Shown: positions 18,006 to 28,161, counted from the stretch's first letter. The stretch is DNA of 64,000 nucleotides from Propionibacteriales bacterium (GCA_038256885.1 JBBSJW010000003.1:5273-69272); one strand, 5' to 3'. Notes: a model not told the origin generated them from the letters alone. Numbers and translations: made by a program.

Positions 18006-20126
18006 GTGACGACACACAGCGCTGAGCACATTGCTCAGCAAGAAGTCGCTGCCGAGCAGGCCTACGTCGACAACGTCTACGAGCGGCTCGAAGCGTCGGG
18101 CCAGATGGCTCAGGCACTCGTCGCCGAGGGCTACGCACGCGGCCATATTGGGCACGAAGGTGGCCTCGTCGAGCGCGATGCCATGGTCTTCCAGGCGTCC
18201 AAGCGCATCGCTGCGCTCAATGCCGCACACGACGGACTTGTGTTCGGTCGCCTCAACCTGCTCGATGGAGAGTCGCGCTACATCGGTCGCATCGGCGTAC
18301 GCGATGAGAATCGTGACGTCATTGTCGTCGACTGGCGTGCACCGGCCGCCGCCGTGTTCTATCAAGCCACCGCCCAGGATCCGGCCGGCGTCATTCGCCG
18401 TCGCGTGCTGCGTTGCTCGGGCGAGAAGGTCATCGGCGTCGAGGACGACCTGCTCGATGCCGACAACGCCGCTGACGATCTGGTCATCGTGGGCGAAGGT
18501 GCGCTGCTTGCCAGCCTGAGCCGCGCGCGTGACAGCTCCATGCACTCCGTGGTCGCCACCATCCAGAAGGAGCAGGACGAAGCGATTCGCGCTCCGAGCC
18601 GTGGCGCCACCACGATCGGCGGTGGACCGGGCACCGGCAAGACCGTTGTAGCCCTGCACCGTGCGGCCTACCTCCTCTACACCGACCGTCGTCGTTTCGA
18701 GTCCGGCGGCGTGCTCGTCGTAGGCCCGTCGTCGGTTTTCATGAACTACATCGAACGCGTCTTGCCGAGCCTCGGCGAGACCAGCGTGACGCTGCGATCT
18801 CTCGGCGAGGTCGTCGATGGCCTGCGCGCTGACCGCCATGACGAGCCGGTCGCCGCAGCTGCCAAGGGCTCATCGCGTATGACGGCCTTCATCGGTCGCG
18901 CTGCCGCCGCACCTCTGCCGGGTGCGCCGACCGAGTTCCGCTTCTTCTACAAGGACGACGTCCTGCGCCTTGAGGCGGCAGACCTCGAACGGATCCGTCG
19001 CCAGCTGCTGTCGGGAGGCAAGCGCAACCGCGCATACGACAAGGCCCCCGCGGCTCTCGTCGATGCGCTGTGGCGCCAGGTCGCAGGCGAACGCGCGCTG
19101 GAGAAGGGTGAAGCCGAGTTCACCGAGATCGTCACGACTGACGACCGTTTCGTGTCGTTTGTTGAGGACTGGTGGCCCCCCGTTGACCCGATCGAGGTGT
19201 GGCGCACGCTGCCCGACGTCATCGACTCGCTCGGACGCGGAGCATTCTCGGCCGAAGAGCTCACGGCGCTCAAGGCGTCCTGGGCGATGGGCGAGCCCAG
19301 CATCGAGGACATCCCGCTGATCGACGAGCTTCGCTACGTCATTGGCGAGATCCCCGACACGAACGACAACGACGACGACGGCCCCAAGCAGCTGATGAGT
19401 TTCGAGCGTCAGGAGCGCGAAGCACGCGACGATCGCTATCGCGCCACGCGCAGCATCGAGGACGATGGCTTCGCCCACGTACTCGTTGACGAGGCGCAGG
19501 ACCTGTCGCCCATGCAGTGGCGCATGCTCGGTCGTCGTGGCCGCCACGCGAGCTGGACGATCGTCGGCGACCAGGCGCAGTCGTCCTGGCCGCACCCGCG
19601 CGAGTCCGAGGCGGCCCGCAAGGCGGCGCTCGAGGGCAAGCCCGAGCACGCGTTCCGGCTGTCGACCAACTACCGCAACTCGGCCGAGATCTACGACCTT
19701 GCCGCCAAGGTTGCCGTGATCGGCGTCAAGGATCCCGATCTGGCCGACGCAGTCCGCCGTACGGGAGACCTGCCACAGCACCACGTCGTCGGTGCAGCCG
19801 AGCTCACCGCGCAGCTGCGTACGAGCATCGACGACATCCTCGAGCGCGTTGAAGGCACTGTCGCAGTCGTGGCATCGCGCGCCGACCTGGATCGACTTGA
19901 GGGCGAGCTGGCCGACCTGATCGAGGAGCATTCGGGACGGTTGCGGCTCCTCGACGGACTCGACACCAAGGGCCTGGAGTTCGACGGCGTCGTCGTGGCC
20001 GAACCCGACGCGATCACCGATGAGTCGACCGCAGGATGGCGCACGCTGTACGTCGTGCTGACCCGCGCCACCCAGCTCCTCACGACGGTCGGCACGACCG
20101 ACCGATGGCGAGGGCGGATCTTCTGA
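18006..20126 (+). CDS. helD: HelD-like SF1 helicase / RNA polymerase recycling ATPase
   Basis: LVFGRL...YIGRIG...VDWRAP, VATIQKEQD, GGPGTGKT, DEAQDLS, KGLEFD, LYVVLTRA. GTG 18006 preferred because ATG 17976 is only 1 nt after the TAGACT -10. Confidence 0.85.
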   Translation: MTTHSAEHIAQQEVAAEQAYVDNVYERLEASGQMAQALVAEGYARGHIGHEGGLVERDAMVFQASKRIAALNAAHDGLVFGRLNLLDGESRYIGRIGVRDENRDVIVVDWRAPAAAVFYQATAQDPAGVIRRRVLRCSGEKVIGVEDDLLDADNAADDLVIVGEGALLASLSRARDSSMHSVVATIQKEQDEAIRAPSRGATTIGGGPGTGKTVVALHRAAYLLYTDRRRFESGGVLVVGPSSVFMNYIERVLPSLGETSVTLRSLGEVVDGLRADRHDEPVAAAAKGSSRMTAFIGRAAAAPLPGAPTEFRFFYKDDVLRLEAADLERIRRQLLSGGKRNRAYDKAPAALVDALWRQVAGERALEKGEAEFTEIVTTDDRFVSFVEDWWPPVDPIEVWRTLPDVIDSLGRGAFSAEELTALKASWAMGEPSIEDIPLIDELRYVIGEIPDTNDNDDDGPKQLMSFERQEREARDDRYRATRSIEDDGFAHVLVDEAQDLSPMQWRMLGRRGRHASWTIVGDQAQSSWPHPRESEAARKAALEGKPEHAFRLSTNYRNSAEIYDLAAKVAVIGVKDPDLADAVRRTGDLPQHHVVGAAELTAQLRTSIDDILERVEGTVAVVASRADLDRLEGELADLIEEHSGRLRLLDGLDTKGLEFDGVVVAEPDAITDESTAGWRTLYVVLTRATQLLTTVGTTDRWRGRIF

Positions 20127-21652
20127 CCCGCGCTCTCAAGGTCCTGCTTCTGGCGCTGCTCGCGATCAGCGTCGCGCTACCGACTGCCTACACGACGTTC
20201 ATCCACAGTGAGCGGTCGATCAGCATCGGTGCGCACGAGGCGACAGTGCACCCTGACTTCAGTCAGTACGCGCGCATCGACTTTGGCGCGGTGCTCCCGC
20301 AGGTTCGGCTACCTGCCAATGCGCCACTTGGCATCGGTGTTGACATACGGCTCGGAGAGAGCGAGGTATCCGACCTCAACAAGCTGGTGGCCCGCGATGC
20401 GGTCATCGCCTCGCAGCCCCAAGGTGAAATCGCTGCCGTACGGTCGCAGGTCATCTCGATGGCCATCGACGCTGCGCTTCGCGGTCTGGGCGTTGCTCTG
20501 ATCGCTCTCCTGATCGCGATCCTCGGTTGGAAGGCGATCGGCCGACGACGACGTCGCGCGCTCTGGGCGGCGGCTCGGCACCCGGACCGTGGCCAGAAGA
20601 TCGGAGCTGTATCGGTCGCGGTACTCACGATTGGCGCCCTTGCGCTCGTCGCGACTCCCGAGCGGCCCAGGTCAGACGACGCTGCCTGGGTGCCGATTGG
20701 CACCGTGTTCCCACTTCTGCCGGCAGACCCCGTGCTCGACCACGTCGAGATCGCCGAAGGTGCCTCCACGAGTGGCAGCAAGGCGATCGTAGAAGGCGCT
20801 TTGTCGACATATCGCAGATCGGTATCGTTCTACGGCAAGCTCGCGGAGAAGGCCGAGTCGGTGATCGTACGCGCGCCGCTCGAAGGTGAGACCACGGCAT
20901 TGGTCGTGACCGACCGCCACGACAACATCGGTATGGATCCTGTTGCTCGAGCGATTGCCGATCGGGCAGAGGCGAGCACGCTGATCACCCTCGGCGATGA
21001 CACGTCCAGCGGCGCCAGCTGGGAGACGTTCAGCCTCAATTCGCTGGCGCGTGAGTTCGATGGCTTCGATATTGTCTCCGTGGCTGGCAACCATGACACC
21101 GGGCCGGTCGTCCCCGAGCAGATGAAGGAGAAGGGCTTCACCGTTCTCGACGGTGAACCGGTGACCGTCAACGGGATCAGGTTCTTGGGCAGCAGTGATC
21201 CCCGAAGCTCAGGACTCACAGCTGGCTACAACGGCGATGAGTCAGACAACATTGCAGCGATCGGCGAGCAGGATGCAGCGCTGGCGACCGCCGCATGCGA
21301 CGCCGGTGATGTCAATGTCGTCGCGGTTCACAGCCCTGCCTCCGCCAAGACCGTTGCGGAGTCCGGCTGTGTCGATCTCGTGCTCTCGGGTCATCTGCAT
21401 CGTCAGGTCGGACCGACGGTAGTCGACGGTCTGAACGGACGGCAGACCGTCACCCTCACGACCGGCACCACGGGCGGTGCGGTCTATGCGTTCGCGCTGG
21501 GCAGCAAGCTTCGGCGCACCGCGCAGGTCACCATCGTCACGTTCTCCGACGGAGTGCCCGTAGGCCTCCAACCGATCACCTTCGACTCGGGCGGCCGCAT
21601 CATGGTGGCAGACTACGTAGCCGTCAGCGCATCCCCGAGGAACAGCGGCTGA
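20105..21652 (+). CDS. Membrane-anchored metallophosphoesterase
   Basis: N-terminal TM segments; DRHD, LGDD, AGNHD, VHSP, SGHLH metal motifs. Confidence 0.8.
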   Translation: MARADLLTRALKVLLLALLAISVALPTAYTTFIHSERSISIGAHEATVHPDFSQYARIDFGAVLPQVRLPANAPLGIGVDIRLGESEVSDLNKLVARDAVIASQPQGEIAAVRSQVISMAIDAALRGLGVALIALLIAILGWKAIGRRRRRALWAAARHPDRGQKIGAVSVAVLTIGALALVATPERPRSDDAAWVPIGTVFPLLPADPVLDHVEIAEGASTSGSKAIVEGALSTYRRSVSFYGKLAEKAESVIVRAPLEGETTALVVTDRHDNIGMDPVARAIADRAEASTLITLGDDTSSGASWETFSLNSLAREFDGFDIVSVAGNHDTGPVVPEQMKEKGFTVLDGEPVTVNGIRFLGSSDPRSSGLTAGYNGDESDNIAAIGEQDAALATAACDAGDVNVVAVHSPASAKTVAESGCVDLVLSGHLHRQVGPTVVDGLNGRQTVTLTTGTTGGAVYAFALGSKLRRTAQVTIVTFSDGVPVGLQPITFDSGGRIMVADYVAVSASPRNSG

Positions 21653-22841
21653 CGATCAGCTCGGCGTACGCGCGGGCGCAGGCCACGACGTCATCTATCA
21701 ACACGTTCTCGTCGATCGCATGGGCGTCGATGATCGCGCCGGGACCGTACTGCAGCGTCGGTATGCCAGCTGCTGCGTACTGACGAAGATCAGATCCGTA
21801 CGGTGCACCAACGAGTTGAGGACTCGGTGCGCCACTGGCGGTGACCGCTGCGGCGACCTCCGCGCCGAACGGATGCCCGTTGGGGAGCGTTCCGGCGGCG
21901 AAGTGCCCACCGGGCCAGGTCACAGTCGGTGGGTTGTACGCTAGCCACTCGTCCTCGGCAGTGGCAATGGCCCGCTCGAAGACGCGTTTGGCGTCAGCAA
22001 ACGACTCACCGGGCATGACGCCGTACCGGCCCTCGGCCACAAGTTGGTCGGGAACCGTGCTCGCCCAGTCGCCGGCATGCAGGATTCCGACGCTGATGGG
22101 CCACGGCAGCTCCGCGAACGGTGCCGGCGGGGTCGCGTTGCGCACGGTCTCGAGCTCTCGAAGCGCGCGGTTGAGCACCTCGAAGGCGTCGATCGCGCTG
22201 CGCCCAGCCGCGCGCATGGACCCGTGGGTCGACCGGCCCTGCACCTCGATCCTGAACGTCAGCGAGCCGGCATTGGCGGAAACGATCTGCTGGTCGGTCG
22301 GCTCTGCGATGACACACGCCTCACCGGTGTGACCGCGACGCAGCGTCGCGAACGTACCGAGTCCGCCGTCCTCCTCGCCGATCACGGTGTGGACGGCGTA
22401 CGGACGAATGAGACGGAGGTCGCTGACGGCTCGGGCGGCGGCGATGATCGCGATGACGCCACCCTTCATGTCGCACACGCCACGCCCGTACCAACGACCC
22501 GCGTCCTCGCGGATCAGCCACGGATCGCCGTTGGTCCATGACTCGGCCTCACCGGGCGGTACGACATCGACGTGGCCGTTGAGGATCAGCGCGGGCGTGC
22601 CTGAACCCGAGACCCCGGCGACGCCCCAGGCCTCCTCACGTTCGACCTCTTCGCCGGGGTAGTCAGGATCAGCACGCAGGTCGGCGAGGTCGAGCTTCCA
22701 TTGGTCGACCTCGAGGCCGAGACCGGTCAACGTTGCAGCGCACCAGCGCTGTGCAGCGATCTCGGCATCTGAGCCGCCGACGCTCGGGATGTTGACGAGC
22801 TGGGCCAGATCGCGCCTGATCAGATCGACGTCGATGTCCAT
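21624..22841 (-). CDS. ArgE/DapE family (M20) deacylase
   Basis: NGHVDVVP, GRGVCDMKGG, GEEDGG, AEPT, AHAIDE. Confidence 0.88.
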   Translation of the reverse strand: MDIDVDLIRRDLAQLVNIPSVGGSDAEIAAQRWCAATLTGLGLEVDQWKLDLADLRADPDYPGEEVEREEAWGVAGVSGSGTPALILNGHVDVVPPGEAESWTNGDPWLIREDAGRWYGRGVCDMKGGVIAIIAAARAVSDLRLIRPYAVHTVIGEEDGGLGTFATLRRGHTGEACVIAEPTDQQIVSANAGSLTFRIEVQGRSTHGSMRAAGRSAIDAFEVLNRALRELETVRNATPPAPFAELPWPISVGILHAGDWASTVPDQLVAEGRYGVMPGESFADAKRVFERAIATAEDEWLAYNPPTVTWPGGHFAAGTLPNGHPFGAEVAAAVTASGAPSPQLVGAPYGSDLRQYAAAGIPTLQYGPGAIIDAHAIDENVLIDDVVACARAYAELIVSRCSSGMR

Positions 22842-22894
22842 GCGGCCAGCATGGCACCCAGCCCCTCAACAGTCGCCGATAGGATCGTGCCCTC

Positions 22895-24775
22895 ATGTCC
22901 CAGCTCGACGATCTCCTCGCGCAGCCGGCGTTCGCACTCATCAGGGTGCGCGACGCCGACACCGTCACGCTCGTCGGCGGTACGCGTGCGGATCTCGACT
23001 CGCTCGCCGACATCCCGGCGGTTCCGGGCTCGGGTGAAGGCTGGGACCACCTGGTGCTGGTGCCGTTCGCGCAGGTGCGCGAGCGCGGCTTCGAGGCACA
23101 CCAGGACGGCACGCCGCTGACGTCGATTGCGGTCGACTTCTCAGCCGAGGTCCCGATCACGGAGCTGCTGCCATCGCTGCCAGATCTGCCCATCGAGTTC
23201 GCAGATCGTGGTGGGTTCGAGACCAGCGACGACGACTATGCCGCAGTCGTGCGCCAGATCATCGATGACGAGATCGGCCAGGGCGAGGGTGCCAACCTCG
23301 TGATCGGCCGTCACTTCCGCGCCCAGGTCTCCGACTGGGGTCACGAGCGCGCACTCACGGTGTTCCGCCGCCTGCTCGAGCGCGAGCGCGGCGCGTTCTG
23401 GACGTTCCTGGTCTTCACGGGTGACCGCTACCTGATCGGTGCGAGCCCCGAGCGCCACGTCAGCGTGGAGGCCGGCCAGGTCCGGATGAACCCCATCAGC
23501 GGCACCTTCCGCATGCGCGGTCTCGAGACGCATGCCGACAAGAAGCGTGAGCTCCTCTCGTTCCTCAAGGACGAGAAGGAGATCTACGAGCTCTTCATGG
23601 TCGTCGACGAAGAGCTCAAGATGATGTGCGACATCTGCCATGAGGGCGGACTCGTGCTCGGGCCCTACCTCAAGCCGATGACCCACCTCGTGCACACCGA
23701 GTACCTCCTCGCCGGTCGCACCCACCGCACCGTCAACGAGGTGCTGCGCGACTCGATGTTTGCCGCCACCGTCACCGGCAGCCCGGTCGAGAACGCGTGC
23801 CGACTGATCAAGCAGTACGAGGCAGAGGGTCGCGGTTACTACGCCGCCGTGGCCGCCCTGATCGGACGCGACGCCGATGGCATGCCGCGGGCCGATGCAC
23901 CGATCCTGATCCGTACGGCGGACGTCGACCTCGAGGGCAACCTCAAGGTCACCGCCGGGGCAACCCTCGTACGCGACTCCGATCCGATGTACGAGACCAA
24001 GGAGACCTGGGCCAAGGCCTCGGGGATCCTCAGCGCCTTCGGTCTCGTCGACGCGGCGCCCGAACCCGTCGAGGGCTTCGACGCGTTCACTCGCGAGGAC
24101 GACGTGATCATCGCGCTCGGCTCACGCAACCAGCGACTCAGCCAGTTCTGGCTCACCGACCAGTCCGGCGCCGCACCGGTTCCGTCCCTCGTGGGCAAGC
24201 GGGTCGTGATCGTCGATGGCGAGGATGACTTCGTCAACATGCTGTCGCACGTGTTCGGCGTGCTGGGCATGACGACCGACCTCATCCGCCACGACGCCGC
24301 AGTGCTGAAAGAGGAGGGCTCCGGCGCCCTCGACGGCTATGACCTCGTGGTGGTTGGCCCGGGTCCTGGTGACCCGCGAGAACTCAACGATCCCAAGATG
24401 TCGGTGCTGCACGGTGTCGTCGCCGGATTGCTCGAGACGAAGCGGCCGTTCCTCGCCGTATGCCTTGGTCACCAGGCGCTCAGCCACCAGATCGGGCTCG
24501 ACCTCGCGTTCAAGGACATCGTCTTCCAGGGCACTCAGAGCAAGCTGCAGGTGCTCGAGCGCCCCGAGGTAGTCGGTTTCTACAACACCTTCGTCGCTCG
24601 GGTGCCGTCCGGCGGCCTGCCTGAGGGCGTCACGGTCGAGACCGATCCCGAGACCGGTGACATCCACCTGCTCGCCGGCCCGCACTACCGCGGCGTGCAG
24701 TTCCATGCCGAGTCGATCCTGACTCAAAACGGCTTCGGCATCCTGCGGGACCTGGTCACCGATCTCATCGGATGA
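22895..24775 (+). CDS. PhzE-like anthranilate/ADIC synthase (TrpE-TrpG fusion)
   Basis: GEGANLVI, GASPERH, MNPISGT, ELFMVVDEELKMM, TVTGSP, plus GATase GPGPGDP, VCLGHQ, QFHAES. Confidence 0.88.
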   Translation: MSQLDDLLAQPAFALIRVRDADTVTLVGGTRADLDSLADIPAVPGSGEGWDHLVLVPFAQVRERGFEAHQDGTPLTSIAVDFSAEVPITELLPSLPDLPIEFADRGGFETSDDDYAAVVRQIIDDEIGQGEGANLVIGRHFRAQVSDWGHERALTVFRRLLERERGAFWTFLVFTGDRYLIGASPERHVSVEAGQVRMNPISGTFRMRGLETHADKKRELLSFLKDEKEIYELFMVVDEELKMMCDICHEGGLVLGPYLKPMTHLVHTEYLLAGRTHRTVNEVLRDSMFAATVTGSPVENACRLIKQYEAEGRGYYAAVAALIGRDADGMPRADAPILIRTADVDLEGNLKVTAGATLVRDSDPMYETKETWAKASGILSAFGLVDAAPEPVEGFDAFTREDDVIIALGSRNQRLSQFWLTDQSGAAPVPSLVGKRVVIVDGEDDFVNMLSHVFGVLGMTTDLIRHDAAVLKEEGSGALDGYDLVVVGPGPGDPRELNDPKMSVLHGVVAGLLETKRPFLAVCLGHQALSHQIGLDLAFKDIVFQGTQSKLQVLERPEVVGFYNTFVARVPSGGLPEGVTVETDPETGDIHLLAGPHYRGVQFHAESILTQNGFGILRDLVTDLIG

Positions 24776-25461
24776 AGACGATCGGCCTGCTCGGCGGCAT
24801 GAGCTGGGAGAGCACTGCCGAGTACTACCGCCTGGCCAATGAGCTCGTACGCGATCAGCTCGGCGGCCTGCACTCGGCGAAGATCCTGATGCACTCGGTC
24901 GACTTCGCGGAGATCGAGGCGATGCAGGTTGATGGCCGATGGGATGACGCCGGCGCACTGTTGGCTGAGGCAGCTGAGCGTCTGCAGGGTGCCGGAGCGG
25001 ACCTGATCTTGCTGTGCACCAACACGATGCACAAGGTCGCGGCGCCCATCGAGGCCGCTGTGTCCGTACCGTTCATTCACCTCGGCGACACCACCGCTGA
25101 AGCCGTGAAGGCAGCCGGGATCACCAAGGTCGGGCTGCTCGGCACCATCTTCACCATGGAGCAGGACTTCTACGTCGACCGGCTCAAGCAGCACGGGCTA
25201 GATGTCGTGCTGCCCGGTCAAGAGGATCGCCAGCGCATCAGCGAGATCATCTACGACGAGCTGTGCCTGGGTGTCGTACGCGATGAGTCGCGAGCGTTCT
25301 ACCTCGACGTGATCCAGCGGCTCCGCACCGATGGCGCGCAAGGCGTGATCCTCGGCTGCACCGAGATCGAGCTGTTGATTGACCAGTCACACGTTGAACT
25401 ACCGGTGTTCCCGACGACGGCACTCCACGTGCAGACTGCCGTCAGGCTTGCCCTGACGTAA
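24772..25461 (+). CDS. Aspartate/glutamate racemase family protein
   Basis: GLLGGMSWEST, CTNTMH, LGCTEI two-cysteine motifs. Confidence 0.9.
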   Translation: MKTIGLLGGMSWESTAEYYRLANELVRDQLGGLHSAKILMHSVDFAEIEAMQVDGRWDDAGALLAEAAERLQGAGADLILLCTNTMHKVAAPIEAAVSVPFIHLGDTTAEAVKAAGITKVGLLGTIFTMEQDFYVDRLKQHGLDVVLPGQEDRQRISEIIYDELCLGVVRDESRAFYLDVIQRLRTDGAQGVILGCTEIELLIDQSHVELPVFPTTALHVQTAVRLALT

Positions 25462-26356
25462 GCGCGGGTTCGGCGACTACCGCGGTGCGGCGCTTGAGGC
25501 GAGTGATCGTGACGCCAAGCAGGCACAGACCGCCGCCGATGAAAGCCAGAGCCGTCGGGATCTCGCCGAGGTAGGCCCAGGAGATCAGCGTTGCCACGGC
25601 GGGAACGAGGTAGGTCGTCGACGCGACCTGCCCGGCCGTGAGCCGCTTGAGCGCGTAGGCCCAGGTGCTGAAGCCGATCGCTGTCGGGAAGACGCCGAGG
25701 AACACCAGCCAGGCGATGTCTCCGGCGGACGCATCGCCGAGCTCGTCGATCAGCTGAGGTGTGAACGGGAGGCACACCACGGTGCCGACCAGGCACGCAA
25801 GCCACACCGACATGACGGGTGACGTGTCGCGAAGCGCGACCTTCTGGCCCAGCGTGCCGATCGCGTAGCAAACCGCAGCCACGAGGCACAGCACGACGCC
25901 GACCGTGCTTGAGGTCTCGACGGACGAGCTGCGGGTGCTGATGGCGATCAGCGCGACGCCAGCGAAAGCCACCGTCATGCCGATGATGAGGGGCCTGGGA
26001 AAGCCCTCCTTGAAGATGACTCCAGCGATCAGGGCGATCAGGATCGGACCAATGTTGACGATCAGCGCGGTGGTGCCGGCATCGAGGTCTTGCTCGGCGG
26101 CGTTGAGGGCGATGTTGTAGGCCCCGAACCACACCACGCCGTAGAGGATGATGAGCTGCAGTGATCGGCCTGTCGGCAAGGGCTCACGCTTCGGCCACGC
26201 GATCGCGGTGAGCGCGATGGAGGCGGCGAGCAGCCGGCCGAGGGACAGCGAGCCGGGGGAGAACGTGTCTGCGATGGCGCGAATGCCGACGAATGCGGAT
26301 GCCCAGAGAAGGACGGTGACCAACAGCGCCGGGAGGGAGAGATCGCGATTCTTCAC
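25442..26356 (-). CDS. EamA/DMT family transporter
   Basis: LLWASAF, about 10 TM segments, two EamA repeats, LGEIP. Confidence 0.85.
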   Translation of the reverse strand: MKNRDLSLPALLVTVLLWASAFVGIRAIADTFSPGSLSLGRLLAASIALTAIAWPKREPLPTGRSLQLIILYGVVWFGAYNIALNAAEQDLDAGTTALIVNIGPILIALIAGVIFKEGFPRPLIIGMTVAFAGVALIAISTRSSSVETSSTVGVVLCLVAAVCYAIGTLGQKVALRDTSPVMSVWLACLVGTVVCLPFTPQLIDELGDASAGDIAWLVFLGVFPTAIGFSTWAYALKRLTAGQVASTTYLVPAVATLISWAYLGEIPTALAFIGGGLCLLGVTITRLKRRTAVVAEPALTSGQA

Positions 26357-26362
26357 GTATTG

Positions 26363-26384
26363 ACGCTAGTCACCGGCACCGACA
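26363..26384 (-). promoter_or_regulatory. RecA-NDp/PafBC-type promoter motif
   Basis: Minus strand TGTCGG-tgccggtgac-TAGCGT-N6-GTG, matching TGTCGG-N10-TANNNT. Confidence 0.55.
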
Positions 26385-26416
26385 GGCACGAGCGATAATC
26401 GGCCATCCTGGCGTGC

Positions 26417-26444
26417 GAAACGGCCGACCTTTGAAGGCCGGCCG
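26417..26444 (-). terminator. Hairpin terminator after htrA
   Basis: Minus strand CGGCCGGCCTT-ca-AAGGTCGGCCG-TTTC. Confidence 0.5.
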
Positions 26445-26455
26445 CTCGCGTGACG

Positions 26456-28090
26456 TCAGTTGTCGAGGTTGCCGCCGTCTGAGTCGAGCGTGACGTCGAC
26501 CGTGGTGGTCTTGCCATCTCGCTGATAGGTGACCTTGATGGTCTCGCCGGGCTGGTAGCCGCGTACGGATGCGACCAGCGCTTCATTGCTCGCCACCGCG
26601 TGACCGTTGACCGCGGTGATGATGTCGTCCTTCTTGAGCCCGGCCTTGTCCCCCGCGCCGCCCTTGGTGACCTCGGATATGAGGGCGCCGATGCCGGTGA
26701 TGTCATCGGACGAGATGGCCTGTCCGACCTTGACGCCGATACGGGCGTGCTCGACCTTCTTGCCGTCGAGCAGCTGCTTGGAGACGTTCTTGGCCAGGTC
26801 GATCGGAATGGCAAAACCGAGGCCGATCGAACCTGCGTCTCCGGCGGACGCCCCGGAGCGAATCGCGGAGTTGATCGCCACGACGTTGCCGTTGAGGTCG
26901 ACCAGCGGACCACCGGAGTTGCCCGGGTTGATCGCGGCGTCGGTCTGCACGGCGGGGAACGTGGTCCCCTGGCTCGTCGCGGTGGCGGAGTTGGAGGTCA
27001 CCGGGCGGTTGAGCGCCGAGATGATGCCGCTGGTGACGGTGCTCTCGAGGCCGAACGGTGAGCCGATCGCGACGACTTCCTGGCCGACCCTGAGGTCGCC
27101 CGAGCTGCCAAGCGTCGCCGGCATCAGGCCGGACTTGCCGGAAGCCTTGATGACGGCGAGGTCGGTGAGTGGATCGGTGCCGACGATCGTTGCCTTGGCA
27201 TTGGTGCCGTCGTTGAACGCGACAGTCAGCGTTCCGCCGTCGCCGGCGACCTCGACAACGTGGTTGTTGGTCAGGATCTCGCCGTCCGAGCTGATGATGA
27301 TGCCGGTGCCTGATCCGGCGTCGTCCTTGCCCTTGACGTTGATCTGTACGACGGAGGGCAGCACCTTCGATGCGACCTTCTCGACCGCGCCGGCGGGCCC
27401 GCTGGTCTTGCTGGTGTTGCCGGTGTCGAGCGAGCTGACCGTGGTGGTGCCGTCGTTGTTGTCTACGAGCTCGTCGTACGCGTAGGCGCCGCCGAAACCT
27501 GCGCCCGCGGCGAGAGCCGCGATGGCCAGGACGCTCACGACCTTGCGGCCGCGTCGCTTGGGCGGCTCGTCACCGGTGGTGCGAGCCGGCGGGAACGGGT
27601 CTCCTCCGTCAACGGCGGGTGCCGGGAACGTCGTGGTCGGCGCCGGCCGCTCGAAGGGCGCCTCGACCGGTGCCTGTGTGGCCGCTGCGGCAAGCGCGGG
27701 CTCGCTGGAGTAGCGGTGCGTGTAGGCGGGAGGCTCTTCGACGGGAGCGACGGGAGCGACGGGCTCCACGGGAGGTGCAGCCGACTCAGCAGCAGCTGGT
27801 TCGACCACCGGGGCCGCGACGGGCTCTTCGGCAGGCAGCTCTGCTGCGGGCGTCTCGACGGCTGCCGCCAGAGCTGGTTCGAGGGCAGGCTCGACGTCAG
27901 CGTCGTCGCGCAACGGCGACCAGTCCTCGGCCGGAGCTACGTCGGCAGGTGCGGCTTCGTCGGGCGCTTCAACCTCGTCGGTGGCGACCGGAATCTCGGT
28001 CGTGGCCTCTGCGGGGGCCGGTTCGTCGAGGTCGCGCGAGGTCGGCGGGACGTACGGACGGTCGGCGAAGGGATCCTGCGTTTCACTCAT
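26456..28090 (-). CDS. htrA: HtrA/PepD serine protease with PDZ domain
   Basis: Pro/Ala-rich N-terminus, TM segment, LTNNHVV, TDLAVI, TDAAINPGNSGGPL, C-terminal PDZ; downstream of mprAB. Confidence 0.92.
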   Translation of the reverse strand: MSETQDPFADRPYVPPTSRDLDEPAPAEATTEIPVATDEVEAPDEAAPADVAPAEDWSPLRDDADVEPALEPALAAAVETPAAELPAEEPVAAPVVEPAAAESAAPPVEPVAPVAPVEEPPAYTHRYSSEPALAAAATQAPVEAPFERPAPTTTFPAPAVDGGDPFPPARTTGDEPPKRRGRKVVSVLAIAALAAGAGFGGAYAYDELVDNNDGTTTVSSLDTGNTSKTSGPAGAVEKVASKVLPSVVQINVKGKDDAGSGTGIIISSDGEILTNNHVVEVAGDGGTLTVAFNDGTNAKATIVGTDPLTDLAVIKASGKSGLMPATLGSSGDLRVGQEVVAIGSPFGLESTVTSGIISALNRPVTSNSATATSQGTTFPAVQTDAAINPGNSGGPLVDLNGNVVAINSAIRSGASAGDAGSIGLGFAIPIDLAKNVSKQLLDGKKVEHARIGVKVGQAISSDDITGIGALISEVTKGGAGDKAGLKKDDIITAVNGHAVASNEALVASVRGYQPGETIKVTYQRDGKTTTVDVTLDSDGGNLDN

Positions 28091-28112
28091 AGACAAAGAT
28101 TCTCGCCTATTT

Positions 28113-28140
28113 CTGAAACCGCGCTGAGGGCGGTGTGTGA
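28113..28140 (-). promoter_or_regulatory. MprA box upstream of htrA
   Basis: Minus strand TCACAC-N5-CCTCAG-N5-TTTCAG, resembling TCTCAG-N5-TCTCAG. Confidence 0.6.
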
Positions 28141-28161
28141 GCGCGGAAAGAATATCTGCCG

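Noticed and set aside
16968-18839. Long antisense ORFs (e.g. 16968-18839, 15410-17014, 28243-29499)
   Set aside because: Shadow frames of real genes, typical of high-GC codon bias; no motifs
27740-27770. 9-bp tandem repeats in htrA and Pro/Ala repeats in dnaX
   Set aside because: They encode ordinary low-complexity linkers
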